Origin: Cycas panzhihuaensis
Lineage: Eukaryota > Plantae > Cycadophyta
DNA length: 64,000 nt
Assembly: GCA_023213395.1 (NCBI GenBank)
Contig: CM041465.1
Span: 217,131,741-217,195,740, forward strand
Direction of reading: 5' to 3'
Below, one piece after another: positions 50,597 to 64,000 of the stretch (within the stretch, counting starts at the first letter, position 1; each line of letters begins with the position of its first letter). The position numbers and the translations under genes are program-made. The notes below the pieces were generated by a model. That model ran no database searches, was not told where the DNA came from, and saw only the letters and a program-made list of their open reading frames with translations.

Positions 50597-53500
50597 TGTT
50601 AGAGAAATAATAATTTTTCTTTTATATCTATGTAAGTTAACTTGAGGGTTATATGTCTAATCCCTCTTTAATGTACTAATGACACTTAACCTACATGCAT
50701 AAGCTTTCATATGTATATGATATATTTATATAAGAGAATTTCTCTCACATTAATGAATTGAAGTATTTTCTTCATCAATTCAAATTTGTTTTGACATGGT
50801 ATTAAAGCAAGGTTTGTTGATAAAAGTTTGATTGAAGATAAATTTAAAATATTAAAGGATTCAATTTAAGAAAAGTGCTGAAGACATTCTATGGAGTTTT
50901 TAAAAATGAAAGGACACAAATCAAGTTCATTAATTGCAATATGGAACTGTATAGAACTGTACGAATAAATTTTTTTTCAAGGGCTAAGAAAGTGATGAAG
51001 TTTAGTATGTAGAATCATCTCATCAAGGAGAATAAATTGTTCCAAAGGCATGGGTTCAAATTTCTCTTTGTTAAGCAAGAAAACATAATTTGTAGGGGCA
51101 CATATTTATGAATTCAATCAAAGTTCTCTTAATTTTCTTTGAATTTTAGGGTAAAATCTATCCCAAACTATTCAATTGAAGAATATCTTTCACCTGCATG
51201 TAATTTTGTTGAATTTTATCAAAAGTTTGATAAGTTAGAAGTTTTTTTTTTTTTTAAAACCTATTTGGTCGTATATTTTTTGGGCTATTTTATGAAGAAA
51301 TTAGAAGACAAATCAATTTTTTTCTACAGATCTAAAAAAAGCATAACTTTAGCTTTATTTCAAGACCATTTTTTAAAAGTACATACAATTATACTTTTCT
51401 GTACAAATTCGTATACTCGTATGGTCGTACTACCTACTTTCAGTCTCTTACCTCTATTTAACTTTTTTCCTTAGTATACATTTAATCAACTGGCTTCAGT
51501 CTTTTCCCTTGGAGATGTTAACAAACTTACATAGCAGAATTACAACACCTAGACAGTAAAGATACAAAGGCTTTTAATGACAAAAAATGTGTGCGATATA
51601 GTCATAGGAAAAGAAGCCAAACCTACAAACTTAGTGGATATAATTAGTTGAGAAGAGAGGGATAGAATTACACTTGCTATAATCAGTTAGAGATTCTTTG
51701 TTGAGTCACATAGGTACAACTATCTCTTCTCTAGAGGCTTGAAGCATTTTAGCTTTACCTTACAGTAAAAAATTGAAACCTAAATAAATTCTTTTTGAGA
51801 GCAATTATATAAAATTCATCTCAAAGAAGGACAAGGTGTCTCAAATTCTAGTACTCAAATTATTGAAATTAAGAATAATCTAGACTTTATAAGAAAGAAT
51901 ATAGCCAATTCTGAATTCATATATTTGGCAATCAATAACTTGACAAAATCTTTTGATACTATGGTAAACACACTTACCATAGAAGGACGTCCCTTGACAT
52001 ATTGATAAGGCATATGCTATAAAAGGAGCAAAGAAATAAAAGGTACAAAGAGAAAACTGATATCAAATAAGTTTTTCTTTTAAAACTAAGTTTAGAAACT
52101 AGAGGATGTTCTAGGAGCACAATAAGAGGAAGAAGTTGACCTACTAGAGGTTGGACAAGAATTGCAACTAAAAACTAAAATAGGACCACTTGGTCTCTTG
52201 AAGGATGAGAAAGAACCACATGGATGTCAAGAGGGAGAGGAAGATCTTCATCTCTAAAATCTAGAGGCAACTTCCATTGTGGAAGGTATGGATATTTTGC
52301 TAGTGATTACAAAGTGCTTAATTTTTCAAATTGTTATTATTGTTAGACAAGACATTCTTCTAATCATTGTCTATAAAAACAAGATGACATTTAGAGAGGG
52401 AAAAGAATAGAGGAAAATTACAACAATGAATATGTTGAAGAAGAAGTCAAAGAGATTGCCTTTAGCACTGCCTTGGCTATGCACACCTACAACAATGAAG
52501 ATTGGTACAAAGACTCTAGAGCTTCCAATCAAATAATAGGAAGAAAAGATCTGTTTGAGATGTTGAGGTCATATCCCATCAACAAAATTATCAAACTCGG
52601 TAATAACTTTACTTTACAAATCGAAAAGAAAATAACAATTGCAATCTCAATCAATGATAAAATTAAAAAGATTGGTGAAGTCCTTTTAGGCCTAAAAGGA
52701 ATCTCTTATTTGTATCCCAGTTAAGAAAAAAAAGACAAGTTATCTGTAATGAAGATGGAAGGTGTCTCATCTGCGATATAGAAAATAATGGCATTCTAAT
52801 AGCAAGAAGAGTTGAAACTAACAATCTCTATAAATTAGTCTCCACTCTTATTGTGTCTATGCCATCTATAAATTCTTTTGTTGTGAACAACCCTCTCAAT
52901 AAAATTTAGCATTTAAAGTATGGATACATTACAAACAAATGATTAGAATTGTTGAAAAAATTTAATATGGTGAATGGTTTTCTTGAGATGTCTTTTGATT
53001 CTTTTATATATAAAAGTTGTATGATTAATAAACAATGCCAAGCTCCATTCTAGAAAAGTATATGGATAGTACAAAAAAGGTTAGAGTTGATTCATATAAA
53101 TCTATAGACTAATAACACTAAGTTTAATTAATGGTGCAAGGTATTTCCTTACCTTTATTGATATTTTTTCTAGAAGAAGATGGGTTTATTTTCTTTTCAG
53201 TAAATCATATGTCTTAGATTATTTCAAAGAGTTTAAGGCACAAGTTGAATTAAAAAGTAAATGCAAAATCAAAATTTTTTGATCTGATAGAGGAAGAGAA
53301 TATATCTCAAATAATTTTTGTCATTTCTTCAAGATAAATGGGATACAAACACAAGTCACTACTCCATTTATTCCACAATAAAATGGGATAGCAGAATGAA
53401 TGAATAGGACAATAATAGAAATGGCTCGAAGTATGATAAATGAAAAAATAATAACCAAAGCATACTGGGTTGAAGCCGTTAACATAACGATATATCTTAT

Positions 53501-54700
53501 CAATTAAAGTCCTATTCAAGCTCTAGACAAGATAACTCCCGAAGTTGCCTAACCAGAAGAAAGCTAGATGTAAGTCATCTTAAAATCTTTGGCAGTAAAG
53601 CTTATGTTCATATTCTTGATAAAAAACTAATTATTCTAGATAATAAAAGTGTTGAATAGATCATGATTAGATATAATAATAAATCCAAGGCATATGGATG
53701 CATAAATCCAAAGACAAATAGAATCTATGTTAATAGAGATGTAACTTTGATAAGCATATAAGTTAGAAGGATAAAATAATACATAGACAAGCAAAAGGAA
53801 ATGCATAAACATATGTTTCTGTTGAAGAAAATTTTGAAGTCACAACAATAGAAAAAATACATCAGAAATTAAACTTCGGAAAGAAAGTGAATAAGGCATT
53901 TTTGGGCAACAAGAAATCTAATCTTAAAGCTAAATAAAACTCCTTTGAAGATGAACAAGATTTTTTTCAAAGAATCAGTGGTAGAGCACCAAAAAAATTA
54001 TCAAAGTGGTACATCAAGACATTTGATGAATCGAAAGGTAATTTGTTTGAAGAAAGAACTAGATCACAAAAATATTAAAGTTTAATGTACTCTGTTGAAC
54101 CACAAAGTTACTTTCAAGCGTGTGACCATCAAGAAAAAATAAGACTTGGGAATTGGTTGATGCTTTCAAAGATAAGCCCATTGTTAGTTGCATATGGATA
54201 TATAAAATAAAAGTAAAATTTGATGGGACCATTGAAAGATACAAGGCAAGACTGATAGTAAACCTTTTCACCAGTAGCAAAATTGATAACTATGCAAATA
54301 GTTATAACCATGCCAAACACAATTCAATTGAAACATTATACAACTTGACGTTAAAAGTCCCTTTCTAAATGGTAAGTTGATTGAAGAAGTATATATGCAA
54401 CAATTAATAAGATATATAAAAAAAAGGTGAAGAACTTCTTATTTATAAATTAATAGAGGCCTTGTACGAATTAAAATAAACACCCAAAGTATGATATGCA
54501 AAATTAGATCGACATTTAAAAGAAACAAGTTTCTGTAAGTGTAACTCAAATCCTAGTTTGTACACTAAAACAAACAATGATAATTTAATAATTATCATTG
54601 TAGTTTATGTAGATGATATGATAGTTACAGGAAATAATGACTATACAATTTGTAAAATCAAATTATAGATGGAAAAGAAATTTAAAATAATCGATATGGG
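50597..54700 (+). mobile_element. Element J: 3'-truncated Ty1/copia related to B
   Basis: 5' LTR 50597-50796 (200 bp, similar to the B LTR). PBS tggtattaaagc at 50797-50808. Gag from ~51490, WYKDSRASNQI (PR), INT ~52900-53750, and RT up to VYVDDM..DMG. No RNase H or 3' LTR seen. Confidence 0.88.
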
Positions 54701-54879
54701 TATCAAAGATTTTGCAATCAAACAATAATTAAAGTAGATGTAATAAGTAAAATGTTAACTGAGTGATTCTAATTGAATAAAGATAAACTCTAACTAGTAA
54801 ATGAATTGAACGAATATATCAAGACATAAACTTGACCATGCCAAAAGTGTTGGTTATGATGAAATAACTACATTCAAGA

Positions 54880-56296
54880 TGCTCTCCATTAACTTATGCA
54901 AAACCTTTAGGTTATTGTATAAAAACCTCCTCATCTAAAATGCCATAAAAAAAAGTACTTTTAATATCTCTTTGGTGAAGCTCCCAACCAAAATGAGATG
55001 GAAGAGTAACAACCACTTATATAGTGGTAATTTTGGCCATATGTGTAAAGGTCTCCTCAAAGTCCACATCTTCAGTTTGTACATATCCCTTATCCATAAG
55101 TTAAGCCTTGTATTAGTCAATATCATTATTAGAATAATACTTCACCTTGTATACCCATATGTAACTAGTAACATTCTTCTTTGAAGGTACCTCACAAAGA
55201 TCCCATGTGTCATTATTTAGAATGGAGTCATACTTCTTCTACATAGTTATCTACTAGTGGGGTGCATCCTTGGCTTTAGTAAAGGACTCTTGTTCATCAG
55301 TGTTTAAAACATTAAACATTAAGGCAAAAATAACTTTGCTTTGTGTATGACTACCTATACTAGTATCAATGTCATCAACATTAAAATCTTTTATGGCCTG
55401 AGTATACTACTTAAGTAACTTTTTATAAAGAGTAGAGGAAAAAGGAATATCTACATGAGTTTTTTTTACTTTCTTCACTATGCTTTTTAATTTCATCCTT
55501 CTCTTTCGTGTTTTTAGCATAACATTTATAATTGGGATTATTCCCTTATTAAACTCATAAAAAAAAGACAACCCTACTAATTACAATCTTCCTCTCTAAG
55601 GAATTCCATATTCTATATGCCTTAACTGACTCACTATACTTGATAAGAATACATGTATGACTTGTCATTAAGATTTTATCTTTTTACATTAGATATATGA
55701 ACAAAAGGAGTATAACCAAATACTCAAAGATTATAAATAAAGATTTTCCTTTCTGATCAAATCTTCTTAGGAGTTATATTTGAAATAGTTATAGTAGGAC
55801 TTTTATTTAAAATATACATAATTGTATTTATAGCTTTATTCTAAAAACCATTAGATATATTCTTAGATTTAAACATATACTTAGTCATATTAACATTGGT
55901 ATGGTTCTTCATCTTGACCACATCATTCTATTATAATGTATATGATGTAGTCAATTATCACCTGATACCTTGATCCTTGCAAAAAATAGTGAATTTAAAT
56001 AACAAGTATTTACCTCCATTGTTGCTCCTCAAAATATTGATTTTCTTCTTAGAGGAGTTTTTTGATTCATCTTTAGATTCCTTAAATTTTATAAATGCCT
56101 CTGACTTGTTCTTTAGAAGATATATCCAAATCCTCTTAGTCAAGTCATCAATGAATCTCATGAAGTATTTAGCTCCTACAAATGAGACTAGTGTGATTGG
56201 TCTACATAAATTAGAATTAACTAATTCTAATTTATCCTTAGCCCACTAAGTAGACTTGATAAAAATTTCTCTGTGTTATTTCCATAAAGCACATGT
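54880..56296 (-). pseudogene. pol: Element K: copia integrase plus RT 5' fragment, no LTRs seen
   Basis: FIDDLTKRIWIYLLKNKSEAFIKFKE..ILRSNNGGKY (INT); WDLCEVP..WVYKVKY..DFEETFAH (RT). Interrupted by L at 56297. Confidence 0.85.
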
Positions 56297-59200
56297 TGTT
56301 AGAATATGTGATATTATCACATATATGATGTTTAATATAAAGTAGTGGACCCATATAAAATTTCACTCAATGAAATCATTAATAAATGTAATATGCATGG
56401 TTATTGATGTATAAATCCTATTAGATGATGAAAATGCTCAAGAAACATTATAGTTTATTTATGATGTGACTATTTATATAAATATATGCACACATTACTT
56501 GAGAACTTGAGAGAGGAATGACTCATTTAGAAATGTATTTATTTGATATCATAAAAAGGAGATTCCAACTTTAATATTTTTCTATGGCTTTTTTCACACT
56601 GAGTTTTGCATGTATAAATATGTTGTTTATCTTGTGGTACATTTTTGATATGTTCATATTCAATGATTCATATTAATATGTTAATCTTACATACACGATT
56701 TGTGTATATTCCTCATAATATGATTATTTTATTATACATGTTTAATATACTTTTGCTATGCATAATGAGTACATTACAATATGGTATTAGAGATAAATTT
56801 TAATTTCTAGTATGGTATCTAAGCCATATTGCAAAAGATCTTATGAAGTAGTTTACAAGCCCATACATAAGCTAAGTGAATTAACAGTTGAACCAATTAT
56901 AAAGCTAGTTATAGATTTCGCATATGAATTAGTATAAGAGCCAACTTTGAGGTCTGAGTTGATGATTTTAAAGGTTAATTATGCCAATTATGCCAATGAC
57001 ATGTGATTAAGATTTTGGGGTAAGATGAAGTAGATTCAAATTCACATACATATGATAAAAGCTACATATAGGAGATAGAGCTATATACAGATGTTAAAAG
57101 TAGTAATAATAATGGTATGTTGATTTATTGAATTAGTGTGGAAATTTATTTAAGCATGTTATAAACACATATTCAAAGTATGTAGGTATGAATCAAGTCC
57201 ACTAAAGATGATACAAGAGGAAAACTATTGTTAGTTGCATTCATCAATACAGGCTGGTCACCTATAGAAGTGATTGAGATTTTGTAAGGCTAGACACCTC
57301 ACTAAATCTTATAATTATTAATAAAAAGTTCAAAAGATAAGTGTTGATAATACATCTCTTTTATCCAAATTTTATTTATGAAAAATTTTGTCTACTTTAG
57401 CTTGTGAAATTTCTAGTCAAAAGTATTTTTACAGTAATTGTGCTATTAAGAGATGTATAAAATGATGAATATAAAAGTGAAAATGTTAAGATGGAATGAA
57501 GAAGATGAAGCAAGACATGATAAAATAGTTAAACCAACAAACCCATTAGTAAGTCAAATATGTAACAGACATGTACAAATTGATATGCAATAAACTTATA
57601 AAGTTATGTTGAGGTATTATGATGATGTCATGAAAATTTAATGCATATTTTAAGAGAGACAAAAAAAAAGAAGTGGCATGGTAATAAAGGTATGTTATGT
57701 AGATATAATGATATGATTTTATGGTTATTCTATGATAAACAATAGTAGGCAAATGTTCCATTGATGAATGTGAAATAGGTACTGAATTTGTTTGATGAAA
57801 AGCAATGCCACATGTATTTGATGGTTAAAAGGTATGTTGTATAAGGCTTGATTTGATGACATTCATGAATTTAGGGTTTGAAGCTATTGATTAAAAGGCA
57901 AATATAAGGGCATGATATGTTATTATGTAGCATGCTCATTATGTAGGAAAACATATATATGTGGATAAAATAAAGTTATCTTGTAAGGGAAATTAGGGTT
58001 TGAAGAAAATTAATGAAACATTATATTATATGAAAGTAGGGCAAGTATTTGAGGTATGTACTAGGCACAGTGATGAAATTTAAGGGCAAGTTTAAATGGT
58101 CAAAATAAATATATAAGGGCATAAGAAATGTCCCATGAAAATTCAAGTGAGGTGCATATATGAGAATAATGTACATCTTAACAAAGACTCTATCCCTCTT
58201 AGTGATGCAATGACCAGGAGTTTTATTAGATGATTGTCACTTTGTCATGGCTAGTATGATGTCTATATCTCTATAGTTAGCTCATTAAAATGTGGGATGG
58301 CTGTGGCCTTGTAGTGAAGGTAATTGTGGATTGAATATATGTTATGCTTAATCATTGAGTTTTGTAGTGCACCAGTAGTAGGTTGTAAGTGTTTTGAGTG
58401 TGATAATAGGTAAAACAAAGGTGAATCTCTTTACATGTGAACCTCTTTACATGTAGGCATAGATGATTATGATAACCCTATTCCTGCATTTGTGTGTGAA
58501 GCCATTGTAACTAACTATAGTATACCTGCAATTCATGTTTATATGAATTAGACCCACCCCTCTATGTCAAGCCATCATTTATTTACTCACAACGATCTGT
58601 TATCAGATCTACAACTGAATAAACTAAATCACCCTTATTCATTTATTTGTCATGCTCCTATTTTCTTGAAAATTGACTTGTAAATTTGCATGACATGCCA
58701 TTACCATGAAGATAATAGATGTGGTCACGCAAATTTTTTACAAAAGATCCATTATCAATTGATTCAGTATTCATCATGCCATCGCTAAAAACTTACACAG
58801 AGAAGTAGGCAAGAAATATTTGATCAATATATAAAAATATTTTGTATTTAATTTCATTAATTAAATTATTTTTTAATATGATTTAGAATCTAAACATGAT
58901 GTAGACTCCAAAAATTAATTAGCTAAATTATTTTTTTTTTATAACTGCAAAAATAGAATTAACTGAATTTGATAATATTTGAAGTATGTGCCTCTACCCC
59001 CTTCATTCAACAAATGGTCATATAGAGTATTTCCATGACCAGTAGCCAATTGAAAAAGGGGCTTAATGCATTTTCTTAAAAAATGCATCATTTTTTGGAC
59101 ATACTAACACTATTTTATTCATAACTTTTCATAAGAGTGTGTTCTTTGAGCCGTTAGTTATGTTGGAAAGAGAATTTTGAGAGTGTCAAAATGAGTGGTC

Positions 59201-61166
59201 AAAAAGCATATTTTAGAGATCATATGGTAGATATTTTAATGGGTAAATATGATCAAAATAGTTTTGACCTCATAAAAGTTACATTTTATGATCTTATTTA
59301 GATTTGTTTTGGTATATTTTACTATTTTTATAGGGTCTGGAGATCATGATGATATTATTGATGATTGTCAAAGAAAGAACAAGTAAATTTTATTTAAAAA
59401 TGAACATATAAAGGCTTATTAATAATATTTGAAGGTTTATAACAAATAAAAATTTATGATATGGGAATCTTATACATATTTTAGACATAATGAAAATCCC
59501 CCTCGACATTTTATACATTTGATCTGGTGGCGTATAATACTAATCAAATGCATGTTCACTTGGTTTATTAGACACTTATTTAAATGAATGATAATTGACG
59601 ACACCACTTGATATATTGATGAAGGGCCATGATTATTTGTTCATTTGTTAGAGAAATAAATTGATATGATAATTGAGTGAAAATTTCATCTATTTATGAG
59701 ACATAAAAAAAGAGAATAAGTCTTATATATTAATTTCTTGGTACACCAATTCAGTGATTGATGTTATCTAATTGATATATAATATGTGTTTGTCAGTGAG
59801 AATTCTGATTTGTCATGTATGACAAGAGGCATATAATCACACTATTTATATTACCTTGTTATAATTAATTGATCTTGTCCAGGTAATACACCCTATTCTT
59901 AGAGTTAGTATGTTTAGATGATTAATTTAATGATGTTAAAAGAAAGTTACAAGTGTGCAAATTTGTTGATGAAGATAACACGCGAGTTATTTACTTATAC
60001 ACAAGAGGTGAGATGAATGAGAATATTATTGTAACATGATAATTGTATTGTTATTCTCATATACAAGAGGCAAGATATTTTATGCTACTCTTGTAATAAT
60101 ATTTTACCTAATAGCTAAATGTTATTTATATGTATTGATGAATTACGTATAAGAAGCACTTCTTAGAGAATTACTTATTACAATGGTTAGTTACCCATGT
60201 ATTTTAGTAGATGGTTGTTTTATATAGACATTAGTAATCAATTTATTTTGTTTGGATGATAGGTTAACAATGATGATGTTTATAACAACTTTATAGGTGA
60301 AGATATGAAGTTATTTAGGAAAATATTTTATATAAACATGACAAGTGAAAGTTATATATATTGGTTGACATTTGATGGACGATTGATGATTTCTATGGAG
60401 GTTTTTATAGGTTGGTTATTTATAATTAATTACTGATGATTACATATGACTACATATAATTTACAAGTTAATGTTTGCAAGAAACAAGCATGATGTTAAC
60501 ATATTTATAGGTTACAAGTGATATAATTTAGTATATATTTGATATAGGTTTATAAATTCTAACATATAAGAAAGCATAAAGATAATGAAGACTAAGTTTA
60601 ATTAAAGACTTAAAGATTTGAAGACATTAAATATTAATGGGGAGTGTTGAAATATGTGATATTATCATATATATAATGTTTAATGTAAAGTAGTATACCC
60701 ACATAAAATTACAATCAACAAAAGCATTTATAAATATAATATATAGAATTATTTATGTACATATCCTATTAGATAATGAAAAGACTTAGGAAATATTATA
60801 AATTATTAATGAGGTGGTTATTCATATAATACTTACACATACCCCTTAAGAACTTAAGAGAGGAATGACTCATTTGGAGATTCATTCATTTGATATCTTA
60901 AAGTGGAGCTCTCAACTTCAATGTTCTCCCTTGATTTTTAATATACTAGATTTTTCATATATCAATCTATTGTCTATCTTATGATGCATGCTTGATTTTT
61001 TTATATTTTATGATTTATGTTATTTCTTGATTTGTCAATCTTACATACATGATTTATGTACTTTCTTCATGTTATGATTATTTTATTATACATGTTTGAT
61101 ATACTTCCTCTATACATAATGAGAACATTACAATATGGTATAAGAGTTGAATTTTAAATTCTAACT
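56297..61166 (+). mobile_element. Element L: old non-autonomous LTR element (~4.9 kb) inserted in the K integrase zinc-finger region
   Basis: LTRs at 56297-56812 and 60645-61166 (~520 bp, diverged). PBS tggtatctaagcc at 56813. PPT aatggggag. TSD catgt/tatgc (3/5). Shares the agttacccatg..agtagatgg block with A/E/I at ~60185. Confidence 0.8.
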
Positions 61167-62099
61167 TATGCACTGCTGAGTTTATTATATTTTCATATAA
61201 GAGAAAGATTAAACAAAAAACACAATCAACACTTGATTATCATATCAAATATATCCTTCCTTCTATTATTAGGTTAAAGAAAATAGGGTTTATTTAGGAT
61301 ACATATATTTTAGATAACATGAATGATGTTTGGGAAGGAATGGAATGGTATTAAAAGAATGATGGATATATTTTATTTATGAAGATAAATTTTAAGAAGG
61401 TATATCATATAATTGAATAGTTATTTATCCATAATATACTCAAATGTTCATGCTTCATAAAAATATATATACATATGGTTGAGATAATTTTTATTAATTC
61501 TTTTATAAGTATATCCTTAGGTGGGGCCTTAACCAGACTAGTATAGTTAATTAGATCTATTTGGTGAGGGTTCCCCCTTATCTCTAACTTATATATACGA
61601 GTAAAAAACTTTATTAGTTATCTTCTTATGGGTAGGGATAACCAAGGTTTACTCAAAGGCATAACTCCCTAAAGGTATTAGCCTATAAATACTCTATGAG
61701 CATTTTGTTAAGCATTACTTTCTCATATTAGTAAGAAGTAATGGAGTAAACAATGTAGATTGTTAAACACTGGTACTTAGCATTAATTTCTATGATTTAA
61801 TAAAGTAAAGTTACATGTTATTTCTAGTCCCTAAAGGTTAGATTTAAGTGGCTTGATAGGTATAAGTGATCTTGTTATAATATTAGGGAAATCTTTAAAT
61901 TTTTAGGTCTTGTCTTTAATTCTTAGGCTTTACTTCTTACTATATAGAGCTATGACTTAGTAAAGACAAAAAAGAAACTAAGTTATCATGATACCAAAAC
62001 ACTATCATTAGTAATAAGAAATTAGATTAGTACCTGCTTCATATGTCTCTTGTTCTTCATGTTAGATCCCTTCCAAGTTTATATATATATATATATATT

Positions 62100-62600
62100 A
62101 CTAAACTCCTTGAAGCCTTTTTTGTAGTCCTTGATAAGAAGAAATATGTAATACTCCAAGATTGAATGGGAGATATGTTATAAAATAAGGAGAAAGGGGG
62201 CATTGGTATCATAAATAGATAGAAGAAAAGATTGTTCCTATGTGATAAATGAGTAGTTAGGGTTAGAGAAGGTAATATAGCCTTGGCGATACTCCTCAGA
62301 AATAACATCAATTATGATAGAACTTTGGGATAATATAGGTTTATTTTTCCTATTGAAGATTATCACACCACCTTATTACTTGATAAGAAGAACTAGCATA
62401 CTTGAAATATAATAAGTATATTACTTAGAGATGTGATCAGTTGAAGAGAGACCTTTTAATAAGAAACTCTTCTATTTCATGGTCTTATATCCTAGTAAAA
62501 TGAGGAAGAATTCATGGGTATAATACACAGTTTAATGCCAATCACTTGGCTAATAATTAGTTATAATTAATTAAATAGTACTTTGAATATTTAAGGGAGG
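62100..62600 (+). pseudogene. Possible highly eroded copia integrase remnant ending in a PPT-like tract
   Basis: actccaagattgaatggg (TP..NG-like), agagatgtg..gaagag (RDV..E-like) and aagggagga at ~62592. Very degenerate. Confidence 0.3.
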
Positions 62601-62781
62601 ATTAGATTCTATGGATTATATTAAAGAATATATTAAACCCTAATAACATAGATAAACTAATTATGGATGAAACTTGTTCTCCACAAATATCATTTCTAAC
62701 CTCATAGTGTAGTCACCTGCATTCTAATGGTAGAAGGATTATGCCTAGTATTGCACCAATATATTTACTAAGATCTCAACC

Positions 62782-62784
<3 letters not shown>

Positions 62785-62831
<47 letters not shown>

Positions 62832-62841
62832 CACACACACA
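62785..62841. repeat. Compound (CT)n(AC)n microsatellite
   Basis: CT run 62785-62827 followed by AC run 62829-62841. Confidence 0.95.
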
Positions 62842-64000
62842 TATGGCACAAGAAGTTTATAAGGATATATAAAGTCATATTAGAGCCTAAAAAAAAATCT
62901 TTTTATATGATCTTTTCTTTATAATGTTCTATCAATAAAAATTAAGTTGACTAAAATTGGTATGATTGACTTGTATAATCCTAGAGCTTGGAATACTATC
63001 ATCATTAAGCATAATAAATAATATATTACCAAATCTTATCCACTACTTGATATATGCTTATAATTGAAACTCTCTTTATAATATACAAGAATAAAAATAA
63101 ATTTGTATTTATGGGTCTTCTGCCTTAGTTATTTTTTTTGACTATGTGAAATTGGTTATGCCATTTGTCTATTCTAGGTAAACTAATACTCAAGAATAAA
63201 AAATAAAAATAGGTTTATCATCCCTACTAGAACATATTAAATATTAGAGAGTAGTACCTTATACCATCAGCCATATGCCACATGAGGGAGACATCTCAAC
63301 CCACAAGGGAAGTTGTGAATGTAGGGACCCAATACATATTAGAGAGATAAGTTTCACTAAAAATAACCCTAAAAGGAAAAATAACATGCATTATCCTTTT
63401 CTATTTACAAAGTTTCTTATATAAGCAAAGAAAGATAGCCCCCAAGGTCTACTAATGATAACTTATGGAAAAGTTAGATGTTTAGGAAACATGATAAGCA
63501 TGGTAAGGGGATGATGGTTATGGGTCTCCAAGTACTTCTTTATTATCTCAGTACTTTATTGCTTTTCATGTTATCTAGTTTTAGATTAAAGTTAATCAAG
63601 TATATATGTCACCTTACAGAGCTTAATTTTATTAGAATATTAAGTTTCACAAAAGTTGATGTAATGTTTAGTTAGTAGATGTGATACAATCCCAACCAAT
63701 AATTTTCATACTAATGGAAGATTATGAGGAAAAAAGAGAGTATAATAAAACTTTATTATCATTGTAATAGCTCAGTTACATCAAGATCATAAAAAACAGA
63801 TTTGAGGAATTAAAGGACACTAAAGAGAAGATGTACATAGGTACAATCTAATAAGAAAAGATTATGACATAATAGATCTCTTTACAGATATTTGGCCTTA
63901 AGTAAATAGAAGTGGTCATTTTTCCTAGCATTCTATTAGTAGATCATGCAGTCTTTAATCTCATTGGTGGAGATATGTGGCCCACACACATAAATTAAGA

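Noticed and set aside
61500-61860. Additional LTR (TATA-like cctataaata, aataaa)
   Set aside because: No clear termini, PBS, partner LTR or TSD could be fixed.

Overview
This is eukaryotic, AT-rich, repeat-only DNA from a large-genome land plant. The element types and decay pattern would fit a gymnosperm or fern, but that is inference. No intact host gene, RNA gene or CRISPR array is supported. The window is a deeply nested stack of LTR retrotransposons, many resolvable to the base by TG..CA ends, tRNA-Met primer binding sites (PBS), polypurine tracts (PPT) and 5-bp target-site duplications (TSD). Five two-LTR but mutated Ty1/copia elements are present: B 6914-18013, D 19850-50276, F 25562-38406, H 27582-32870 and G 39910-45795. 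Two further copia are truncated (J, K). There are four related non-autonomous LTR elements (A 3782-6718, E 24943-46121, I 46763-49594, L 56297-61166). A 5.5-kb Ty3/gypsy element (C 9357-14855) encodes Gag with four zinc knuckles, a protease and only the integrase GPY/F tail. An old gypsy gag is split by ~30 kb of insertions, and a probable LINE ORF1 relic sits at the left edge. Two ~300-390 bp Helitron-like insertions (16348-16650, 49828-50218) share a 5' module but have different 3' halves. The most notable observations are the mini-Helitron family, the Gag-PR-GPY/F gypsy with atypical priming sites and mosaic LTRs, an inverted repeat around the PPT/LTR junction in eight elements, and LTRs that carry an old PBS inside them.
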